From the NCBI GenBank assembly GCA_001179505.1, contig CDMY01000675.1, forward strand, positions 1-31,983: a stretch of DNA of 31,983 bases, given 5' to 3'. The notes under the pieces are model-generated. The model saw nothing but the letters and a program-made list of their open reading frames with translations. It was not told where the DNA came from and searched no databases. Shown here one piece after another: positions 1 through 9,158 of the stretch; the first letter of the stretch is position 1; each line of letters starts with the position of its first letter. The position numbers and the translations under genes are program-made. This DNA comes from Vitrella brassicaformis CCMP3155 (lineage: Eukaryota; Protista; Chromerida).

Positions 1-60
1 CCGATGCCGAGGCCGCTCGCATCTGGACGGCCATGCGTCACCGTCACCAAGCAGGGGGAC
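1..60 (+). pseudogene. 3' tail of a truncated F-box-like gene fragment (copy of 25020-25080); window starts inside it
   Basis: Frame 2 reads DAEAARIWTAMRHRHQAG, matching DAEAARQWAAMRHRHQAG at 25021-25075, which follows an F-box-like motif. Confidence 0.5.
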
Positions 61-1236
61 CTCCTTTTGTCTGAGAGGGAGAGAGGGCGGCCTTTATCGC
101 CGCTCTCCTCCATGTGCACTGGCTCGGGGGCAGCGGGCGTGTGGCTGGCCGTCGTGGTGGGGTGCGTCGGTATTCTTTATGTGTGTGTGCGTGTGTTGTG
201 TGTCTGGATGGATGAATGGTCAGTGTACTGGCAGTTTCTTCAGTACCGTAGCGCAGGCACCCACTCACTGGTGTGTGTAGTTCGCTGGATGGCTTTCCTT
301 CGCAAAGGTCACAGGTAGGGAGATTGACGCGGCATTGGTTGCCTGTAGATTCCGTGAGCACAGACAGACAGGCAGGAGAGAGAGAGGTGTGCACTACTTC
401 ACGGGCAAGTCTGTCTGCCCGTCTGCCCTCTCGTCTGTCTGCCTGGTGTGTGTGAGGCAGCTTGCTGTGCTGAACCGCACACAACGTGTCGTCTTTCTGT
501 GGTCGACGGAGGGCGAATTGACGGATGGATGGATGGTAGTCGGTGGCCAGTTTCCCTTCGCAAAGGTCACAGGCAGACTGACTGACTGACTGACAGACAG
601 GTATGCAGCAAGGAGTGTGCGGCATTTTATGTGTGTTGCCTGTCTGCTTTGGCGAGTGCATTTGTTCTGGTTGCTGCTTCACGTGGGCACAGGCAGGCAG
701 GCAGACAGGCCGAGGTGCACTGGCAATGAACGAACAGGTCTCCGTGGCTGCCTGTTTGTCTATCTGTCTGAGGCAGCTCGTTCGTTGAACCACACAGACG
801 TACATCCATCTCGTGTCATGTGTGTCACGCGCGTCGGTCGATGGGGGGCAATGGAGGAAGACAGGGTAGAGGAGAGAGGGCCACATCCGTCATGCAGCTG
901 CAACTGGAGAGATAGAGATAGAGGTGACTTGCTGCCTGTGCGGACAAACAGTGGCAGTGTCATTACATGGTGATGGCTGGGCGGCCACGGACCCGCTGGT
1001 CTGTTCAACACCGATAGATTATCCACACAAAGCCACACAAAGGCGCCCTGACAGCCCATCGTCACCACCAAAGTCAATTGAGATCTCCGCCCCCTCAGTG
1101 CATTTGAGTGATATTTGTCCTCTGAACGGTCTGTTTGTGCTCATCAAGTGTGCCCTCAAAGCCAAGGGGCGGGGAAATGGCCACAAATACTGTGCGAGCT
1201 GGATCGCCTCCCTTCGCGAAGAGAAAGAGAGTAGAA

Positions 1237-4200
1237 ATGGCGCCGCCTTACGTCGCCTGGCATCCTGCACCGATGCCCTGTCATCAACATTATTACTATC
1301 CGCCTGGACGGCCGGCACTTCCGCTCCTCAACCCGCCGGCGTCCTATGGCTACCACGAGGGGCTNNNNNNNNNNNNNNNNNNNNNNNNNNNNNNNNNNNN
1401 NNNNNNNNNNNNNNNNNNNNNNNNNNNNNNNNNNNNNNNNNNNNNNNNNNNNNNNNNNNNNNNNNNNNNNNNNNNNNNNNNNNNNNNNNNNNNNNNNNNN
1501 NNNNNNNNNNNNNNNNNNNNNNNNNNNNNNNNNNNNNNNNNNNNNNNNNNNNNNNNNNNNNNNNNNNNNNNNNNNNNNNNNNNNNNNNNNNNNNNNNNNN
1601 NNNNNNNNNNNNNNNNNNNNNNNNNNNNNNNNNNNNNNNNNNNNNNNNNNNNNNNNNNNNNNNNCCATTTGGGGTTTGTGGCTGCGCACTCGCGCCGGCC
1701 CCGCTGCGGCCCATCTACACGGCCACGGCCACCCCACCACTGATGGGACTGCAGCACCAGCAGGCTCCCCGCACGACGTCCGCCGCACCACGGCCACGGC
1801 CACCTATCCACCCCTGCGGACCGGGGCCTGCTGTTATCGTTGCTGGGCCGCTTAACGGCGGTCTTCAGCCGGGAGAGGGAGGGGTACATGTGCATGTGCA
1901 TGATTCATCCAGCCAGCAGCCCACCAGCCACCACCACGAGGCTGCTCCAGCTATGCCGCCCACTAGAGAGGAGGACCACCATGGGCAGGCCAGCAAGACA
2001 GAGGAGGGAGAGAGAGAGGAGAAGGCCAACACAGCCGCCCCCATGCCACCAGCAGCACCAGAGCTCCCCGAGCTGAGTAGCCAGCACCAGCAGCAGAGTG
2101 GAGAGGGCGACGAGCCGGCCAGTAGAGAGGAGGAGACGACGGCCAGCACGAGAGAGGAGGAGAAGAAGGACGAGAGGGAGGAGGAGAAGGACGAGAGGGA
2201 GGAGAAGGACAAGAGGGAGGATGCTGACGTAGCTGTTGCTGTTGACGAGAGTGTCCCCCGGCCAGCCGAGGAGGCACCACATGATAGTCTGCATGAGGAG
2301 GGCGTGTCTGCTGCGCCCGACTGTGACCAGGAGATGTCTAGCGGGTGAGGCCACACGCAGAGAGTGACACGTTGACCACACGACGCATCTCATCTGTTCT
2401 GTCTGTGCGTTTGTTGTTTCCCTTCATCCTCAGATTGTCGATTGCTGATGTGATTAACGAAGCCGCCCAGCCCACACCAGCCGCTGCACCTTCAGCACCT
2501 CAATCTCCCTCTCCCGCCCCCCACTACACACTGGTGCACAGCGGCCAGGCTGCGGACTGCCTACACCAGCGCGACTCAATCTCGTTTGCACACATCCAGG
2601 AAGGCAGCCGCAGCCTCTTGTGCGTCCGCAAGACCACCGCCACAATCAGACAGCGCACCGAGCCGCCCCAGCTCTACCTACTCTCCCACCACCATGCCAC
2701 CCGCACCAGACGCCCCACCGACCAGCTCCCTGACGCCGACCCATCGGCCGCCAACGGCAAGGGGATTATCCCCCCCATCCTGTGGCCGGTCGTCAAGGAG
2801 GCGCTCGGGGGCGAGTACGGGCGTGTGCAGGGTCTCTTCCGCAAGGGAGGGCCCGCATACTGCCTGTACTTGACCTCCAGCGAGGGGCGGCAAGGGGGCC
2901 ATGCCGCTGGCGGACAACTGGCTGTCATCGATGCCATCGACCCCCCCACCAGGCATCAGCGACAGGGCGGCTTCGTGTGTCTTCGTGTGCTCGCCTTCCC
3001 GCCTGGTGCCGCCTCAGTGCTGCCCCTGCTGGCGGCCAGGAAAGTGACCCACATCGACGGCAAGGAGGTGGGCACCATGGCGGGAATAGAGATGGCGAGC
3101 GGCAGCGAGATCGACAAGATCATGCGGGAGGAGCTGGGGCTGGATGAGGAGGAGAGGCAGCTGGCGAGGGTGCTAGGCACCATCGACCTGCTGGACAAAG
3201 CCATTCATGGGATGCATAATGTGAGCGGGGGCACATGACACTGACAGGAGAGGGGCAGATCAGACCACACGACGTGTGCACATGTGTCACCTTCTTTCTC
3301 TGGCTGATTGGTGTGTGTCTTGGTGTTCAGGTAGCCATTTTTTCTGTTGAGGAGGCGCAGAGGCGCGTCGAGGAGGCCGTGGCTGCTGCCGTTGCTGCCG
3401 GTATGTCGCCCGCGGACGCCATCAGCCCCGTGCAGCTGGCCGAGGAGCTTCCGCGCCCCTCGACCTTCGTGTCGACCGACGACGAGTCGTCGAACATCCT
3501 TGTTGGTTTCCAGCATGTGGTGTTTGACCTCGTCGGCGGCGGCCAGCGCACGCGCAAGCTGGTGGTGGCCGTGCCCACCCGCATCGATGCGGCCGGCAAG
3601 GAGAGGGGCAACATTGTCACGGGCGGCTGCAAGCCCTCTGCCTCGCCCATGGAGCAGGCCGTCCTCAACGACCTGTCCCATGCCCGCCGGGAGAGGGGCG
3701 GAGCCGCCTACAACCCCCAGACCGCCTACGTCGACCAGCTGTCGCCCCCCGGCCAGGCTCCTCCGTCTGTGGGGCAGTGGGCGCAGCGCAACCTCGACTA
3801 CCCCGGGTGGCAGCCATCGGACGACTACTGGAGCATGGGAGCCACAGCGCTCTCCATGCTCTCTGTGTCGTCCGGCTGCACCGCCCACGACCTCAAGCCG
3901 CCATTCTTCATCATGAAAGACGTTATGGAGGCGTATCAGAAGGACGGGGACGAGAAAGGCGGCGAGTGGACACCCGGCAAGTGGCACATGCGCGCCATGG
4001 ACCTCGCCGGCCTCGTCGCCGATGAGGACAGGGCGGCACAGCGGCAGATCGAGGACGCCATCGGAGGGGGGCAAGGAGAGGATGAGGAGGAGGAAGAGGA
4101 CGAGCCTGACGCGGGTGAGGAGGTTGGAGAGGGGCAAGGGGAGGGCGAGGAGGAGGGGGAGGAAGACGTCGAGCCTCGCCCGGACGAGTTGGTGGAGTCT

Positions 4201-4548
4201 GCTGTCAACCGCAACCTCTCGCGGTTCCACCAGGTCACCGACGACGTCCGGAAGGCCGTCTTTGGCCAGCTTCGCGCGGCACCAAGCCCCACCAGCGACA
4301 CGCAACAGCCATCGGCCAACCTGCAGCCCACCCCCGCCGAGAGGGCCGCCGTCGAGGCGCTCCACCGCAAGCAGGGCGACCGTCTCACGCTCGACATCGC
4401 CGCCAAGACCATCCTAGCAGAGACTATCATGAGCGTCAACCCATACGAGCGTACGGTGGCGATGGCGGAGCGGGCGGTGCGGATGCTGGTGTTGCTGGTG
4501 GAGCTGTGGGCTGGCGTGGTGTATCCCGTTCATGATGGCCTGCCGTGA
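1237..4548 (+). CDS. Divergent protein-kinase-fold protein (probable pseudokinase) with Pro/His/Glu-rich disordered N-terminus, copy A; exons 1237-2344 (contains N gap), 2434-3220, 3331-4548
   Basis: GT-AG introns 2345-2433 (phase 2) and 3221-3330 (phase 0) join the track ORFs in frame. Kinase landmarks occur in order: FRKGGPAYCL (Gly-loop-like, 2837), VCLR (VAIK-like, 2975), STDDESSNILV (HRDxKxxN-like, 3472), VVFDLVG (DFG-like, 3526), SPPGQ (APE-like), SDDYWSMG (subdomain IX, 3817). An in-frame upstream ATG at 1178 is an alternative start. Confidence 0.8.
1365..1664. other. Assembly gap (300 N placeholder)
   Basis: Exactly 300 N; the paralogous interval in copy B (26349-26704) is about 356 bp. 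Confidence 0.99.
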
Positions 4549-4938
4549 CTGACGAGTGTCTGGGCTGGAGGGGGTGCTGTGCGTGTGTGTGTGTGTGTAC
4601 AGTATGTGTGTGTATTTTTCTGTCCCCCCGACTGACTGAGTGTGGCTGGCATGGATACTCACGGTGGATCGATGGATGGATTTTTCTCGAGTATGTAATG
4701 GCGTACAGGACACTGACTGTGTGCGGTTCTTTTCTGTGGCCCGACGGACGGCTGCTGACTGAGAGCCGATCGGTCTGCACACACACACCCACGACACACA
4801 CGACACACACCTGGCTGCCCACTTACCTGTACAGTACCTGTGCATGTTGATTGTGTTGTTGGCTGGCCTGCTGATCGATCAGTCCACCTTACACTGATGA
4901 CTGACTTGCAGAGAGACAGACAGCACTCACTCACTGAC
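4444..4938. repeat. 495-bp direct repeat, apparently identical to 6043-6537
   Basis: Constant offset of 1599; the ORF track gives identical peptides for 4545..4850 and 6144..6449. The left copy ends exactly at the N gap. Confidence 0.93.
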
Positions 4939-5238
4939 NNNNNNNNNNNNNNNNNNNNNNNNNNNNNNNNNNNNNNNNNNNNNNNNNNNNNNNNNNNNNN
5001 NNNNNNNNNNNNNNNNNNNNNNNNNNNNNNNNNNNNNNNNNNNNNNNNNNNNNNNNNNNNNNNNNNNNNNNNNNNNNNNNNNNNNNNNNNNNNNNNNNNN
5101 NNNNNNNNNNNNNNNNNNNNNNNNNNNNNNNNNNNNNNNNNNNNNNNNNNNNNNNNNNNNNNNNNNNNNNNNNNNNNNNNNNNNNNNNNNNNNNNNNNNN
5201 NNNNNNNNNNNNNNNNNNNNNNNNNNNNNNNNNNNNNN
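4939..5238. other. Assembly gap (300 N placeholder)
   Basis: Exactly 300 N. Confidence 0.99.
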
Positions 5239-6147
5239 GGCTGCAAGCCCTCTGCCTCGCCCATGGAGCAGGCCGTCCTCAACGACCTGTCCTACGGCCG
5301 CCACGGGAGCGGCGGAGCCGCCGACAATCCCCAGACGGCCTACGTCGACCAGCTGTCGCCCCCCGGCCAGGCGCCTCCGTCTGTGGGGCAGTGGGCGCAG
5401 CGCTACCTCGACTACCCCGGGTGGCAGCCAGCGGACGACTACTGGAGCATGGGAGCCACAGCGCTCTCCATGCTCTCCCTGTCGTCCGGCTGCACCGCCC
5501 ACGACCTCAAGCCGCCATTCTTCGTCATGAAGGCGATGATGGAGGAATACCAGAGGCTCGGGGACGCGAGCGGCGACGAGTGGACACCCGGCAAGTGGCA
5601 CATTCGCGCCATGCAGCTTGCCAGCATCGTCGCCGACGCATGCGACGTTGGGCCGCGGCAGATGGAGGACGCCGACGCCTTCGGAGGGGGGCAATGGGAG
5701 GGCCAGGAGGGAGAGCAAGAGCAAGAGGACGAGCCTGACTCGGGTGAGGAGGTTGGAGCGGGGCAAGGGGAGGGCCAGGGGGAGCAAGACGACGAGCCTG
5801 AGGAGTACAAGTGGGTCAAGTCTTCTGTCAACCGCAACCTCTCGCGGTACCACTGGGTCGAGGACGACGTCAGGGAGGCCGCCTTCGGCCCACTGCGTGC
5901 GGAGCAGCCATCGGCCAGCCTGCAGCTCACCCCCGCCGAGAGGGCCGCCGTCGAGGCGCTCCACGGCAAGAAGGGCGACAGTTTCTCGCTCGAGAGTGCC
6001 GCCAAGGCCATCCTGGCGGAGACCATCGTGAGCGTCAGCCCGTACGAGCGTACGGTGGCGATGGCGGAGCGGGCGGTGCGGATGCTGGTGTTGCTGGTGG
6101 AGCTGTGGGCTGGCGTGGTGTATCCCGTTCATGATGGCCTGCCGTGA
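5239..6147 (+). CDS. Third pseudokinase paralog, 3' part of last exon only (5' end lost in gap)
   Basis: Open frame GCKPSASPMEQ...ADDYWSMGATALSML...VYPVHDGLP-stop, homologous to 3625-4548 and 28027-28956. Confidence 0.75.
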   Translation, partial: GCKPSASPMEQAVLNDLSYGRHGSGGAADNPQTAYVDQLSPPGQAPPSVGQWAQRYLDYPGWQPADDYWSMGATALSMLSLSSGCTAHDLKPPFFVMKAMMEEYQRLGDASGDEWTPGKWHIRAMQLASIVADACDVGPRQMEDADAFGGGQWEGQEGEQEQEDEPDSGEEVGAGQGEGQGEQDDEPEEYKWVKSSVNRNLSRYHWVEDDVREAAFGPLRAEQPSASLQLTPAERAAVEALHGKKGDSFSLESAAKAILAETIVSVSPYERTVAMAERAVRMLVLLVELWAGVVYPVHDGLP

Positions 6148-8095
6148 CTGACGAGTGTCTGGGCTGGAGGGGGTGCTGTGCGTGTGTGTGTGTGTGTACA
6201 GTATGTGTGTGTATTTTTCTGTCCCCCCGACTGACTGAGTGTGGCTGGCATGGATACTCACGGTGGATCGATGGATGGATTTTTCTCGAGTATGTAATGG
6301 CGTACAGGACACTGACTGTGTGCGGTTCTTTTCTGTGGCCCGACGGACGGCTGCTGACTGAGAGCCGATCGGTCTGCACACACACACCCACGACACACAC
6401 GACACACACCTGGCTGCCCACTTACCTGTACAGTACCTGTGCATGTTGATTGTGTTGTTGGCTGGCCTGCTGATCGATCAGTCCACCTTACACTGATGAC
6501 TGACTTGCAGAGAGACAGACAGCACTCACTCACTGACCGCCACCGACCATCATACACACACAGGGACGGCCATTGCTTTGTGGTGGTTTTTGCGGCCGTC
6601 CAGCGCACTCACTCACTCACTCGCTCACTTGACGTGTGCTGCCAGCAGCTGCCTCCTCTCTGACAGGCAGGCGTGTGTCCCTCCCGCACTCTCTGTGTGC
6701 ACACAGACTGTGCGCTTGTCGGCCCTTTGCCGCCGTCAGGTTGGTTTCGTTTTTGGCCCGCCGAGCAGCTGCGGATGGGTGGTTCCGCGATGACCACCCA
6801 TCCCTCCCTCCACTGCACTGCACTCCAGTGCACTGCCTGTAGGTGTAAGTGTGCAGGCAGTCATTCGCTCATGCGGTCCGCTGGCTGACAGTGAGTCGAG
6901 TCGGGCGATGGGGCCCAGCAGATGGATACGTACGGCTGTGCCTGCCTGCTGTCAACACGTGTGGGACTTCGCATGGCAATTGCAAGCAGACGGGGCAGGC
7001 AGGCAGGCAGGCAGGGGACACTAGTGTCAGGTTTCCCCACACAAATGGCACTCTCACATTAGTGTGTGGTCGCTGGATGGCGCGGCTTGTCATCTGCTAG
7101 GTGTCTGTGTACGTCTCTTTTCTGCGTGTTTGCGGTGTGGTGATATTTCTCTGTGTCTGTCGACACTGCTCAGTGATCATCTGCTGCCAATGTCAGCCAT
7201 TGCGAGTGTCCATCGACGCTTCCACGTCCCTTGTGCAGAGCCGAGAAGCCGGCCAGTGCCCGTGTCCGCAGTCGGCTGAGGAACATGTGTTTTGTACCTG
7301 CCAGCCATCCGCTTTTTCCTGTCCGTGTGCCTGTGGGCATGGGGAGCGCTCTCTGTGCACTGCATTGATTGGGTTGAGCGGCCACCGTCATTGACTTCAT
7401 TCAAACCGATACTGTCCGACCATTTTTACTCATTGCTCGTCATCACATCACCCACATCACCCACCCCACTCACTAGAGCGACCACAAGTGGACCTCAACA
7501 TCTCACTAACGCATCAAACGCTGCACAAAAAGGGAGCCACGAACTACTGATTGGCTGAAAGGCGCGTCCTCATCGCTCACTCGGCAAAGGCAGCGGCCGC
7601 TCTGTGTGGGCGGCGCCAGGGCGCACCCGCCGGCCGGATGAGAGAGCCATAAATGAACAGCGCACTTTTCTCTCGACAGCCTCCAATGCCCAACAAGGCT
7701 AGCTGCAATCCACAGACGCCTCTACACACCCGCAGCAATGCACTCCGCACCCTCGGCCATACTTGGACGCATTCTCCGCTCGCAGCTGGCGACCGCTCAT
7801 GCGCTCTCTTGTCGTCCTGGACCAGGAAGGCGTGGAATAAGAGAGGCAGGCCGTGCCACCCATCAACCCATCAACCAATCCTCTCCCGCATTGATTGCCC
7901 TGGTCGACGCAGCCAGCACTCATCTCATACAAACCATCAGCCTGCAACTACAACAGTGAGTGCAGTGCTGTCGATTGGGGTGAGTGGTGTGTGTGGACGA
8001 GAAGACCGCCCGTACCTCTGCTCTGGGAGTCTCCTCACGTCGATATGCCATCCTGTGTTGCCTCTCTGCCTGCTGCCTGCCACTGAGCGGCGTCG

Positions 8096-9158
8096 ATGGA
8101 CGCAAACACACCTCAAGAGAGCCACCTGCAGCAGCCACCCCAGACCATCCAGACACGCAGAGCAGCGTATGGTCATTGATCCTTGCCCCCCTCGCCCTTA
8201 TTTGCCTTCCCTCACCTCATCAGAGCCCCTCCAGCCACCCTCGCCGCCCCAGCAGGCTCCAACGAGGCCGCGGCAGCTCGCAGTGGCGATCAGAAGTGCC
8301 CATTTACGGCACAAAGGCCGGACTTCGTTAGAAGGTCGCCCCAAGCCCCCCACTGACCCCCAGAGGCGAGAAAGGCAGCGCCCGAGTGAGGAAATCGATC
8401 GGTCGTTCCGGGGGGCCGCAGTTGAGCACGATTCCACTTCAAGTCACCGTAGTCGACTGCACGAACCTCCCCATAGCTTTCAAATGCCCAAATCACCAAA
8501 CTCAGCAACAAAGCTCGCTGGCTAAGTTCGCAGTGCTGCGTTGAGACTTTCTCCTCTCCGTTCGATACGCTCAGGCACCATGAAGGACAGAGAACACTGC
8601 AGAGTGCGAAGCAAATTGCCATTGACCATTCCGATGGCTCTCTGCTGGAGAGCCCCACCACGGCCTTTGCCCCTCTCCAGAGGGTGTTCCCTGCAGCCTT
8701 GTGGTCTCTACGGCTGCTGTCTGCAGCCTACTGAGGCGCACTTTCAGACGAGGTACGGACTGACGAGCATTGGGAGTGACTCGGAGGGAAACACTGACAC
8801 ACTCTCCTCTCTCCGCTGCGCCGCATGGCTGCAGGTTCCTCGCTCAGGGTGCGCCCCCGCTGCTGCAGACGGGCGCCCTCGACCACCTGAGCCTACGGCC
8901 TCCAAATTTGAGGTGGTCTTTTCGGCGGCATGGCTTCTTCCACAGGGCCCTGCCGGAAAAGAGCCTTAAAGACACGACTGAATCTTCTGTAGGCCTTGCA
9001 GAGCGAGTGTAGAGGCCACTACGGTCAGACTGGCTGCCTCCGAAGCCCGCACTAGCTGAGCTGCCCTCTGCAGCGCCGTTTCCCATGTGTCTGATCCCTC
9101 GATGGGACGTTGCTGCTTTCCGCAGTGATTGTGTCCTTCACCATGTTGTGTGCTGCAG
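8096..9158 (+). CDS. Tentative small 5' exons of the 9159-13137 gene (e.g. 8096-8166, 8224-, 8575-8683, 8732-, 8834-)
   Basis: A phase-consistent chain of GT-AG junctions can be drawn (MDANTPQESHLQQPP.. / APPATLAAPAGSNEAAAARSGDQKCPF / HHEGQRTLQSAKQIAIDHSDGSLLESP / RFLAQGAPPLLQTGALDHLSLRPP), but it needs some unusually short introns and has no homology support. Confidence 0.3.

Larger units (their letters stand above)
1..7344. repeat. Segmental duplication, copy A (pairs with 25020-30144); left end lies outside the window
   Basis: Colinear by eye: 1=25020 (ccgatgccgaggccgctcgc), 1237=26221 (ATG), 2345=27204 (intron donor), 6540-7344 = about 29372-30144 (ends ...gtgggcatgggg), with substitutions and small indels. 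Confidence 0.92.

Noticed and set aside
924-2348. ORF 924-2348 (and 25909-27207) as a stand-alone gene
   Set aside because: Its TGA overlaps a GTGAGG donor that splices in phase to the kinase exons. In copy A the frame across the N gap is an artefact of the 300-N placeholder.
3205-4365. 386-aa minus-strand ORF, and similar ones at 4927-6444 and 27652-28773
   Set aside because: Antisense shadows of GC-rich plus-strand kinase exons, with no motifs or splice support.
7017-7028. 12-bp palindrome GACACTAGTGTC (also 29843-29854) as a Helitron-like 3' end
   Set aside because: The duplication continues about 300 bp beyond it, and there is no subterminal hairpin plus terminal CTRR arrangement.
7653-8525. 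290-aa plus-strand ORF
   Set aside because: Ser/Pro/Arg-rich with no coding codon pattern, and crosses probable introns; more likely promoter/UTR and off-frame exons.
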